From positions 18,746-82,745 of the forward strand of contig CAUHQV010000002.1 in the NCBI GenBank assembly GCA_959608625.1: a stretch of DNA of 64,000 nucleotides, written 5' to 3'. The notes below the pieces were generated by a model, which searched no databases, was not told where the DNA came from, and worked only from the letters and a program-made list of their open reading frames with translations. Numbering within the stretch: the stretch's first letter is position 1; every line of letters starts with the position of its first letter. Origin of the DNA: an uncultured Flavobacteriales bacterium. GTDB lineage: Bacteria > Bacteroidota > Bacteroidia > Flavobacteriales > UBA1820. Made by a program: the position numbers and the translations under genes. Positions 51,155-59,061 of this stretch are shown in pieces.

Positions 51155-51358
51155 ATGGCAGAAGAAAAGAACAAAAATAAAAGCTTTGTACTCCGGATGG
51201 ACGGGGCGACTATGGAAGCGCTGGAAAAGTGGGCGGCGGACGAATTCCGTTCGGTCAACGGCCAGTTACAGTGGATCATATCCGAGGCCCTGCGCAAAAA
51301 CGGACGTTCGCCCCGCCGGAAAGCCGCCGCCGATACCGGGGAAGAAAAAGAAAAGTAG
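51155..51358 (+). CDS. Arc/MetJ-type ribbon-helix-helix DNA-binding protein
   Basis: SFVLRMDGATMEALEKWAADEFRSVNGQLQWIISEALRKNGR has the beta-strand/helix/helix pattern of Arc-family proteins. A basic tail follows. Confidence 0.7.
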   Translation: MAEEKNKNKSFVLRMDGATMEALEKWAADEFRSVNGQLQWIISEALRKNGRSPRRKAAADTGEEKEK

Positions 51359-51394
51359 CTGTTTATTGGAGCCGTAAGGCTATAAAAAGGAAAG

Positions 51395-51425
51395 CCCGGC
51401 ATTTTAAGCCGGGTTTTTCTTTTTG
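51395..51425. terminator. Bidirectional terminator between the RHH gene and the EEP gene
   Basis: The stem is CCCGGC / GCCGGG with a 7-nt loop, followed by TTTTTCTTTTT. Confidence 0.6.
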
Positions 51426-52337
51426 TCATTTATGTCGAAAGATTTCAAACGCCGGTTGCAGGCGCGGGAGGTAGAACACGTTCGGGTAGTGGTCCGAATG
51501 GGTATCGGTGAAATCGTCCGCGATGATCTCCATCCCTTTGGCCTTTTTCTTCAGGTCGGGCGATACGAATACATAGTCGTACCGCTGGTGGAACGAATTT
51601 TTGCCGGTGTAGCGCTTGGTAGGGAATGTCGGAGAAAAATCCTTGTGCTGCAGGTAGGATACGTCCACCAGCAATCCCGAATCAATGATGCGCTGCTGTA
51701 CGCTGAAATCGACTTGTCCGTTATTCAGATTTTGCAGGTGGGGGCTTTTGATCATGCGTTGTTTCTGGGTATCCCGGAATTTACCGTCGGCGTATTGCAA
51801 GGAATCGTAAGGGGAAAAGGAATTGAAATCGCCCACGACCACCCATTTCGTCCGGTCGGGCTGTGCGGCAATGGTCTCCAGCAGGATGGCGGCCTCTTTC
51901 AGGCGCTTCTTATAGGAATGCGGATTCAGGTGGATGGAGACGATATGGTATCCGGCCACGTCCGCCTGGACGAATCCGTGGGTCATGTTGTCCGTTACGC
52001 GGCGCACGTTGACGATAGGGTATTTGGAAGTCAGCGCCGGCGGATAGCCCGGCTCCTTGCACAGGACGGCGTAGGGATGCCCGTAACTCTCGGCCAGTTC
52101 CTGGAGGGATTCCTGGGTAAAACCGTTGGTCTCCTGGAGGGCCAGGATGTCCGGGTCTTGGGCGCGCACCCACGCAGCGAACTCTTTTTTAGTAGCGGTG
52201 GTATCGTCTTTCATGCCTTCCAGGATGTTGTAGGCGATGATCTTTAGCGGTTCGCCGGACTGGGCGGACAGGGGAAGGCCGGTGCAGAGAGCCAGTAAAA
52301 ATGCGGCGGCACAGCCGAGAGAGCGAAGCGTTTTCAT
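51426..52337 (-). CDS. Secreted endonuclease/exonuclease/phosphatase (EEP) family protein
   Basis: It has a signal peptide and EEP blocks (IIAYNILEG, DILALQE, VVGDFNS, SDHYP). Confidence 0.85.
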   Translation of the reverse strand: MKTLRSLGCAAAFLLALCTGLPLSAQSGEPLKIIAYNILEGMKDDTTATKKEFAAWVRAQDPDILALQETNGFTQESLQELAESYGHPYAVLCKEPGYPPALTSKYPIVNVRRVTDNMTHGFVQADVAGYHIVSIHLNPHSYKKRLKEAAILLETIAAQPDRTKWVVVGDFNSFSPYDSLQYADGKFRDTQKQRMIKSPHLQNLNNGQVDFSVQQRIIDSGLLVDVSYLQHKDFSPTFPTKRYTGKNSFHQRYDYVFVSPDLKKKAKGMEIIADDFTDTHSDHYPNVFYLPRLQPAFEIFRHK

Positions 52338-52377
52338 TTTTTTGTCTTTTAACAGGGTTTCGATGATTGTAGCGGTA

Positions 52378-52385
52378 CAAATATA
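52378..52385 (-). promoter_or_regulatory. -7 box TATATTTG of the EEP gene
   Basis: This is an exact TAnnTTTG on the minus strand about 40 nt upstream of the ATG at 52337. Confidence 0.45.
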
Positions 52386-52449
52386 CTAAAAGCCCGGCGC
52401 CATTCAAACTTGTTTGAATTCTTGTCCGAACCGCTCCCTGTATTCTCTA

Positions 52450-52737
52450 AATAGAGAGAATTTGCCCCCTGTAAAACGGACGTCCGAAGATCACCTCGGT
52501 AGCAAGGCTTCCTTCGCGGGTGGCGGGCGCGTTGTTGACGGTCATTTGGATACTCCCGCCCTCATCCGGTATGGCTTCCTTCGCGCGGACGGCGATATTG
52601 CAGGGTCTTTCGGCCTTGAACGAGAATTCGATTTGGATGAGACCTTCCTCATCCGGGATATTGTCCCCGGCCGTTTGTTCGCGGTTACAGGCGGAAAGCA
52701 GCGGTAAAATGAGTGCAAGTGTAAAAAAATCTTCTTT
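52450..52737 (-). pseudogene. Start-less 5' remnant of a paralog of the 586-aa fimbrial lipoprotein gene
   Basis: About 240 nt (52500..52738) align colinearly with 54360..54602, the 5' end of the gene at 52842..54602. The encoded signal/lipobox (..TLALILPLLSACNREQTAGDNIPDEEGLIQIEFSF..) is retained. However, TAA replaces the ATG, and the frame leaves homology after REGSLAT and stops at 52447..52449. Confidence 0.7.
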
Positions 52738-52775
52738 TTAAGGAGTTCCGGGGATCATGGCGATACAAGGATGGT

Positions 52776-52815
52776 ATTTTTATAAAGCAGCCGGGAACTT
52801 TTGTTCCCGGCTGCT
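52776..52815 (-). terminator. Rho-independent terminator after the 586-aa fimbrial gene
   Basis: The perfect 13-bp stem AGCAGCCGGGAAC / GTTCCCGGCTGCT has loop TTTT and T-rich sequence downstream on the minus strand. Confidence 0.7.
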
Positions 52816-52841
52816 TGGCATCGGATGTACTTTTTTCGGGA

Positions 52842-54602
52842 TCAGGTCGGATTCAGGTCGTAACGGAGCTTTACGGTAAGGTCTTCCTCGATCGTGATAT
52901 CCCCTACTTCATAGTAGAACCCGCTCAGCGTACTCGTCGTTTCGGTGCCCTGGTAGTAAAAACCTGCATTTTCATCGCCGGGCAGCTGGTACGAATAGCG
53001 TGGGAACCCTAAGCTATGGGGATTGACCACCGTGCCTTTTGTATAGGGGCCGAACCGCTCGTAGTCATATACGTCGTACCTTTTCAGCCAGTATATGTCG
53101 ATATAGAACGGGCCGGGTCGGTTGCGGTAATGCCGGATCTCCACCACGTTCCAGTTGTCTTCTTCCGAAACGTAACGGGGGCTGTAAAAGACCTGGCCGT
53201 CCCGGTACGTATGGCCGTTGTCGGGGATCAGGTTCTTCTTGGCGTTGGGGATAGGATCGTCTATGGAGATTTCGTCCCCGACCTTCATCGTCGTGATGTA
53301 ATCGGCTGCCAGGAACCTCATCAGGCCGTCCTCGTTGGGATCCTCGTAAAAATACCGGTAGGTGACCGTCGGGTTGAATTCCACCCGCAGGTCGTCGTCC
53401 TGGATGGATTGGATATTGGCCCGGATATTGTAGACCGAATTGCGGATGACGTTATAATCCGTAGTGATATTGCGTCCCGGGTGCAGGTTGATCGTGATGT
53501 CTTTCGCGCCCAAGGGCGGCCGGCCGGGATTGCCGCCGGGGTCGGTACCGCCGGCATGGGGCGTGCTGATTCCAGGATCGCTGTGGAGCGAATTGACCGA
53601 AACGGTACGTTTCACATACCAGCCCTTCATCACGATGCGCATGGCTGCGGAAAATCCGCCTTCCGATATGCTGGGGTCGTTGCCTTTCCACTTGTTTTTC
53701 TGGTGACCGATGGCCTGGTTCACTCCGCGCCGGTTTTCCGGTACATACCAAGTAAAGGTATGATCCGTGTTGTACTTAAATCCGGAGGAATTCGTTATGG
53801 CCTGATAGGATACCAAATTGTACAGCATATCCGGGTCGGAGACGTCCGGGTACCTCCAATCGGGATCGACCTCCCCTCCGTTATAATAGCTGGCCACGGT
53901 CGGCACATTGACCAGTTGGACGGAAGTGATACCCAAGGTGGAATTATCCGCCAAGGTCGTGGCGTAATTCATGGTGAACACGATCTTGGCTACCATGCGC
54001 GTCATATCTACTACCGTATTTACGGTATTGGGCACCGGGCCTTCGTAGTGTCCGGACATCGGGATCATATCGTCCTTTACGACCTCATCTTCCCGCCACA
54101 TTTCGATCCCGCTGCGCTTGAAGTCGTTCATCGTGGATACCCCTTCCGTCAGGTCGTACTGCCAGTTGATGCCGGGACGGTTGGCCGCAAAATACACGGT
54201 GCAGTTGTCCTGTATGTACAGGCGCACCTTTACCCGGTACCGCACGCCGTTCTCGTCTATGATCTGCTCCGGAGCGGGCACGAATTCTTTGCGGACGAAT
54301 TTCCCGGTCCCGTCGAACTGAAGCACCCATACGTTGTGTATGACGTCCTCCTGATCGGTGGTCAGGCTTCCTTCACGGGTGGCGGGAGCCTCATTGACGG
54401 TCATCTGGATGCCTCCGTCGCCATCCGGCATGACTTCCGTCGCGCGTACGGCGATAGTACGGGATTTTTCGGCCCGGAACGAGAATTCGGTCTGGATGAG
54501 ACCCTCCTCATCCGGAATATTGCCCCCGGCCGTCTGTTCGCGGTTGCAGGCGAACAACAGCGGCAGCAAGAGTGCGAGTGTGAAAAATATATTCTTTTTC
54601 AT
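52842..54602 (-). CDS. FimA/Mfa-superfamily fimbrial lipoprotein with a Tyr-rich C-terminal extension (candidate tip/accessory subunit)
   Basis: It has the lipobox LLLPLLFAC. The pilin-like core includes HNVWVLQFDG and DMIPMSGHYEG, as in P_gingi_FimA/DUF4906-type proteins. The last roughly 190 aa form two similar Tyr-rich segments. Confidence 0.7.
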   Translation of the reverse strand: MKKNIFFTLALLLPLLFACNREQTAGGNIPDEEGLIQTEFSFRAEKSRTIAVRATEVMPDGDGGIQMTVNEAPATREGSLTTDQEDVIHNVWVLQFDGTGKFVRKEFVPAPEQIIDENGVRYRVKVRLYIQDNCTVYFAANRPGINWQYDLTEGVSTMNDFKRSGIEMWREDEVVKDDMIPMSGHYEGPVPNTVNTVVDMTRMVAKIVFTMNYATTLADNSTLGITSVQLVNVPTVASYYNGGEVDPDWRYPDVSDPDMLYNLVSYQAITNSSGFKYNTDHTFTWYVPENRRGVNQAIGHQKNKWKGNDPSISEGGFSAAMRIVMKGWYVKRTVSVNSLHSDPGISTPHAGGTDPGGNPGRPPLGAKDITINLHPGRNITTDYNVIRNSVYNIRANIQSIQDDDLRVEFNPTVTYRYFYEDPNEDGLMRFLAADYITTMKVGDEISIDDPIPNAKKNLIPDNGHTYRDGQVFYSPRYVSEEDNWNVVEIRHYRNRPGPFYIDIYWLKRYDVYDYERFGPYTKGTVVNPHSLGFPRYSYQLPGDENAGFYYQGTETTSTLSGFYYEVGDITIEEDLTVKLRYDLNPT

Positions 54603-54868
54603 TCCTTTTTCTTCTTTTAACAGGATTTAGAGCCTAAAGGGCTTTTTTCCATTATCCCCTTATTATTAAATAGGTGTTGTTGTGTGAAATCGGGCGGATA
54701 TTTTCCCTGTAAAGCCAAATCACCCCTGTTCCCTCCGCAGGGGCCCGGAGAGAGGTTAAAGGGGGTGATAACATGACTAATCCTATGTTCATTACCTTTT
54801 GTTACGCACAATAATTAAGGTTTCGATTTTTAATTACCGCTGTAACAGGTACAAATATCGTAATTATC

Positions 54869-54903
54869 AGCGACTGGAAAAACCGGGCCTTTTTCCAGTC
54901 GCT
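54869..54903. repeat. Perfect 14-bp-arm palindrome AGCGACTGGAAAAA-CCGGGCC-TTTTTCCAGTCGCT
   Basis: I read it directly. It lies in the AT-rich divergent control region, 9 nt from the putative -7 box (GATATTTG, minus strand, 54852..54859) of the 586-aa gene. Confidence 0.9.
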
Positions 54904-55142
54904 CTATTGGCATAAAAGAAATAATATGTAGTAAATATGTAATTTACAGTTGTTTATGTGCTTTTTTTGAGTTTTTTTGGCTGCCCGGAACTCTGAAAAC
55001 AGGGGGAATTTTGCTAAAAAGCGCAAGCCTGGAAAGCCCTTGTTGCAGAATTAGAACAAAATCTTTCCATCCGCCCCAATATTAGAAATGTCAGTTGTGC
55101 GATTACTCTGTAAATCGGTCAATTAAATGCGTGTCGCAGGCA

Positions 55143-55150
55143 GATATTTG
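55143..55150 (+). promoter_or_regulatory. Near-consensus -7 box GATATTTG of the pilus operon
   Basis: It shows one deviation from TAnnTTTG and lies 25 nt upstream of the ATG at 55175. Confidence 0.3.
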
Positions 55151-55174
55151 CACTGTGTTGAAAACGGGATTAAT

Positions 55175-55762
55175 ATGAACACCGGCATTCTAAAAAAGAT
55201 GAGAATATTCATGTCATTTTTTCTGCTCGCATTTTCGATGACGTTATGCGCGCAACATGTGGGGGTAAAGAACAATTTGCTTTACGACGCCACGCTGACT
55301 CCCAATCTGGGAATAGAGATAGGGTTAGGGAAGAAAACCACCCTGGATCTGAGCGGAAATTACAATCCGTTCATATTTAGCGATGGCAAGCGGATCAAGC
55401 ATTGGCTGGCCCAACCGGAGTTTCGTTATTGGACGTGCGAACGGTTCAACGGATGGTTCTTCGGGGCGCATCTGCACGGCGGGGAATTCAGTTTTGCCAA
55501 AGTACGGCTTCCTTTTAACCTGTATACCAACTTGCGGGACAACCGTTACGAAGGATATTATTACGGAGCAGGCTTGAGCGCCGGCTACCAGTGGATGCTG
55601 GGCAAGCGCTGGAACCTCGAAGCGACCCTGGGTGTAGGGTATGCCCGGATAGAATACGACAGATACCGGTGCGCGGATTGCAGTCCCAAGGTTGGCTCCG
55701 GCAGCAAAAATTATTTCGGCCCGACTAAGGCCGCTGTATCGCTCATCTATTTTATCCTTTGA
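55175..55762 (+). CDS. DUF3575-like outer-membrane beta-barrel protein
   Basis: It has a signal peptide. The N-terminus NLLYDATLTPNLGIEIGLGKKTTLDLSGNYNPF and alternating amphipathic strands are typical of DUF3575. The start could also be 55199. Confidence 0.8.
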   Translation: MNTGILKKMRIFMSFFLLAFSMTLCAQHVGVKNNLLYDATLTPNLGIEIGLGKKTTLDLSGNYNPFIFSDGKRIKHWLAQPEFRYWTCERFNGWFFGAHLHGGEFSFAKVRLPFNLYTNLRDNRYEGYYYGAGLSAGYQWMLGKRWNLEATLGVGYARIEYDRYRCADCSPKVGSGSKNYFGPTKAAVSLIYFIL

Positions 55763-55781
55763 TATGCCAAAACCGACAGAT

Positions 55782-57239
55782 ATGAAAAAGATATACTTAA
55801 TAGCCGCCTTCATCCTGCTCTCCGCCACTTATATACATATAGGAGCGCAGAATACCTATGGCGGGAATATCATTTACCAGCAGCTCCGCTCCGAGAAGAC
55901 GGACGGGAATATCGAGATGGAAGTGGTAGTCGATATGGAGGGCTTGCGCCTGAAAAATGAGAGGACCATCATTATCACTCCGGTACTCCGCTCGCTGGAC
56001 AGCAAGGATTCGTACCGTTTCGCCCCGGCGGTAATCACCACCGGCCGCAGCGGTACCTCCCTGAAGCGTTCGCGGATATACTACGGATACCGCTTCGAGC
56101 AGGAGCCCCGGTGGATCGTTCGCCGCGCCAACGGCAAACCCCAGGCCGGGAAAATGGAACTGTCCGTACCGTTCGAGCCCTGGATGGGCAATGCAGCCCT
56201 CGTTTTCGAGGAATCGGTAGTCGGATGCGCAGATTGTCCGGTCGCGCTGAACGAACTGGCCATCATTCCGAAAGTGGTGGAAATATTCGAGCCGGAATAC
56301 GAGATAAGCTATGTATCGCCCCCGATAGAGCCTGTCAAGGAACGCAGCGAGAGCTATTCGGCCTACATCAATTACGAAGTGGGCAAATACACCCTGCTGC
56401 GCGATTATAAAGGAAATGCCGCTACGTTGGCAAAAGTGGATAAGATTCTGGACGAGATACGCAGCGATACCAATTTGGTCATCACGCAGTTCTCGGTCAC
56501 GGGATACGCTTCGCCCGAAGGTAATTTCCAGAGCAACCTGACCCTTTCCGACAACCGCGCCCGTTCGTTCGTAGACTACCTGCGCCAACGCCACGGTTTC
56601 GATACCCGCATCATACGGGTTTCCGGAAAAGGCGAAGACTGGGAAGGCCTGAAAAAAGAAGTGTCCAAATCCAATATCCAGGACCGCGACCGTGTACTCG
56701 ACATCATCGATATCGAAAACGTCGCCCTGCGCAAACAGCGCCTGATGGCCCTTGCCGGCGGTTCGGTATACCGGATACTGCTCCGGGACTTCTATCCGCC
56801 CCTTCGCCGCAACGACTACACCATTACGTATGTGGCGCGTGCGTTCGACGTGGAGGAAGCCAAGCTGATCATCAAGACCAAGCCTCAGTACCTGAGCCTG
56901 AACGAGATGTTCCTGGTGGCGCATTCCTACCAAAAGGATAGCGAAGAGTTCAAGGAAGTGTTCGATATCGCGGTGCGTATGTACCCCAACGAGCCGATCG
57001 CCAAACTGAACACGGCGGCTACCGAGATAGAGAAAGGTGCCCTGGATGCAGCCATCGGCCGCCTCCAGCAGCTCGAAAGGACGAACCTGCCCCAGGCATG
57101 GAACAACCTCGGAGTGGCCTACATATACAAGAAAGAATACCAAAACGCAATGGAGTGCTTCAAAAGAGCGGCACAAGGCGGCGATAAAGCGGCCGTACAC
57201 AACATGGAACAGCTATCCAAATGGCTGGAACAACAATAG
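55782..57239 (+). CDS. DUF3868-like protein with OmpA-like and TPR C-terminal domains
   Basis: It has a signal peptide and an N-terminal DUF3868-like region. The OmpA-like block reads VTGYASPEGNFQSNLTLSDNRARSFVDYL, and TPR-like helices occupy the C-terminus. An alternative ATG lies at 55764. Confidence 0.8.
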   Translation: MKKIYLIAAFILLSATYIHIGAQNTYGGNIIYQQLRSEKTDGNIEMEVVVDMEGLRLKNERTIIITPVLRSLDSKDSYRFAPAVITTGRSGTSLKRSRIYYGYRFEQEPRWIVRRANGKPQAGKMELSVPFEPWMGNAALVFEESVVGCADCPVALNELAIIPKVVEIFEPEYEISYVSPPIEPVKERSESYSAYINYEVGKYTLLRDYKGNAATLAKVDKILDEIRSDTNLVITQFSVTGYASPEGNFQSNLTLSDNRARSFVDYLRQRHGFDTRIIRVSGKGEDWEGLKKEVSKSNIQDRDRVLDIIDIENVALRKQRLMALAGGSVYRILLRDFYPPLRRNDYTITYVARAFDVEEAKLIIKTKPQYLSLNEMFLVAHSYQKDSEEFKEVFDIAVRMYPNEPIAKLNTAATEIEKGALDAAIGRLQQLERTNLPQAWNNLGVAYIYKKEYQNAMECFKRAAQGGDKAAVHNMEQLSKWLEQQ

Positions 57240-57315
57240 ATCGGAAAAGATCAAATCTGAATATTAATCATAGTAAAGAAAAATCAATTAACAACAACTC
57301 TATTTATTTTAAGCA

Positions 57316-58920
57316 ATGAACAAGAAAATTAGTAAAATGCTCATGTTCCTTTTGATCGGAGCAGGGCTCGCTATCGGAGCTTGTAGCAAAGATACCACCG
57401 GCGACAGTGGTGATGGCGGCGATGGCGGAGACCTTACCGGGCCTTCCGGTTATTTGACCATCCGTCTGACGGGTGGCGTTACAGGACGCAATACCATAAT
57501 GGAGACCGAAGACGGGGATCCCTCCGAGTCGTTCGTAGGCCAGCTTCGCGTGGTGCTTTACGACAAGGAAACCCGCAAGGTCGCCTACTACTGGGATCTC
57601 GATGCCAGCAATATGGCGTCCAACGGAACGGACCTCAAGGATTTCGAGGGTTCCGACGTAGCCAAAACTTCGGATAGCGATCCGGCCCCGGCCGATCCTA
57701 CGACCAACCGTTTCTTCATGGTACCCAAGAAAGTCGTGAAGAAGGATTACCTCATGCTCGTGATCGCCAATCCGCATTGGGATGTACTCGATGCGACCGT
57801 GAAGGGTAAGAGCATGTCGGAATTCGAAGCGGCGGCCAAATTCGAAACGGCAAGCGACTTGCAGAACCTGATCGGCGCTACGACCAACAAAAACGTCGAT
57901 ATGGAGTTCTGTATGATGTCCAATGCCCGCGGTTATGTAGATGTGTTCAAGGCCGATATCAAGGATACCCCGGCCCTGGCGCTGGAAAACGGCGTGCCTA
58001 AAGAAGTCCTGCTGGACCGTATCGTAGCCAAGGTTACCGTAGGCGGATGGCCTCAGTTTATCAATGGTACCGGCGATTTCTCCACCTTTACCTGGCGTCT
58101 GGACGGCACCAACAAGAAGACTTTCTGGATGCGTAAACTGGCTATAACGGCAGATGGCGCGATGGAGATCTACCACGACCCGCGTGGTATCCTGTATGCG
58201 GAAGACCCCAACTTCGATGGTTTCAGCAACGACCGTATCGCTGAGGGCGGAGGTTCTTCTTTCCCCAACCTGGCGGATGAGTTTACCCGTATCGTTAAGA
58301 CCGACCTGACCAATCGGGTGGACGGCGACTCATGGGAGTACGCGCTGGAGAACACGATGGGTGCCGACGAGCAGTGGGAGGACGTAACCACCCGCGTAGT
58401 GCTCAAGGGTAATTTCATTCCGGACACTTTTACCGCGGACGAAAGCTATTATTTCTTCCAGGGCAAAGCTTACAAGCACATTCAGATAGAAACCATGATG
58501 TTCAACGACCTGTGGACCGGTCACGAAGATCTGAAGGCAGCCGTCGAAGCCGACGCAGCTGCAGGCCCGAACAAGAAGTTCAACTTCGTAGCCAGCAATT
58601 CCGGCTCGATCGCCGGCGCGGAACCGACCGAATCGGTAGCTTCCGAGGAAGGCATCCGTTTCTACAAGAGTGGTATCAGCTATTACTATGTGCTGCTGCG
58701 CCACTTCAACGATTCGCAGAAGCCCGATGCTATGTCCTACGGCCGTTACGGTATCGTACGTAACAACGTGTACAAGGTGAACGTGAACAACATTTCCGGA
58801 CCCGGCGATGTGGATATCCCCAAACCCGAAGGTCCCGACGATAAAGGAGAAGGTTACCTGTCTGCCGATATCAATATCCAGCCTTGGTACATCCGCGACC
58901 AGCATGTGGAAGATTTGTAA
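57316..58920 (+). CDS. Mfa1-class type V pilin (paralog A, candidate major stalk subunit)
   Basis: It has the lipobox LAIGAC, a Gly/Asp linker and the first strand YLTIRLTGGVTGR. The Mfa1-like C-terminal region reads YYYVLLRHFND..YGRYGIVRNNVYKV. Confidence 0.8.
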   Translation: MNKKISKMLMFLLIGAGLAIGACSKDTTGDSGDGGDGGDLTGPSGYLTIRLTGGVTGRNTIMETEDGDPSESFVGQLRVVLYDKETRKVAYYWDLDASNMASNGTDLKDFEGSDVAKTSDSDPAPADPTTNRFFMVPKKVVKKDYLMLVIANPHWDVLDATVKGKSMSEFEAAAKFETASDLQNLIGATTNKNVDMEFCMMSNARGYVDVFKADIKDTPALALENGVPKEVLLDRIVAKVTVGGWPQFINGTGDFSTFTWRLDGTNKKTFWMRKLAITADGAMEIYHDPRGILYAEDPNFDGFSNDRIAEGGGSSFPNLADEFTRIVKTDLTNRVDGDSWEYALENTMGADEQWEDVTTRVVLKGNFIPDTFTADESYYFFQGKAYKHIQIETMMFNDLWTGHEDLKAAVEADAAAGPNKKFNFVASNSGSIAGAEPTESVASEEGIRFYKSGISYYYVLLRHFNDSQKPDAMSYGRYGIVRNNVYKVNVNNISGPGDVDIPKPEGPDDKGEGYLSADINIQPWYIRDQHVEDL

Positions 58921-58963
58921 ACCTGTATAAGGTTATGATGATTCTGATATAAGGATTTTTAGG

Positions 58964-59019
58964 GGGGAGGCTTGCGCTTTTTTTCATGCAAGTTTTTAAA
59001 TGCAAGTCTCCCCTTTTTT
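58964..59019 (+). terminator. Intercistronic terminator/attenuator between pilin A and pilin B
   Basis: GGGGAGGCTTGC pairs with GCAAGTCTCCCC (12 bp, one G-U) and is followed by TTTTTTATTT. An internal second copy of TGCAAGT allows an alternative shorter hairpin. Confidence 0.6.
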
Positions 59020-59061
59020 ATTTCAGGGCGCATGGCGCCTGTCAAAAGAGAGAATAAGAAT

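Noticed and set aside
54617-54811. A 64-codon upstream ORF (TTG start) lies in the long leader of the fimbrial gene and ends about 20 nt before the main ATG.
   Set aside because: It has a non-ATG start, no recognisable peptide features and a composition typical of non-coding leader. The region is better treated as a possible structured RNA.
54603-55174. I considered an invertible (phase-variable) promoter in the AT-rich divergent pilus control region. Short inverted matches include CGCACAA/TTGTGCG (about 54803 versus 55095) and ATTTACAG/CTGTAAAT (about 54943 versus 55108).
   Set aside because: The matches are only 7-8 nt and do not extend. Several such matches are expected by chance in about 500 bp. 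No tyrosine or serine recombinase gene is nearby.
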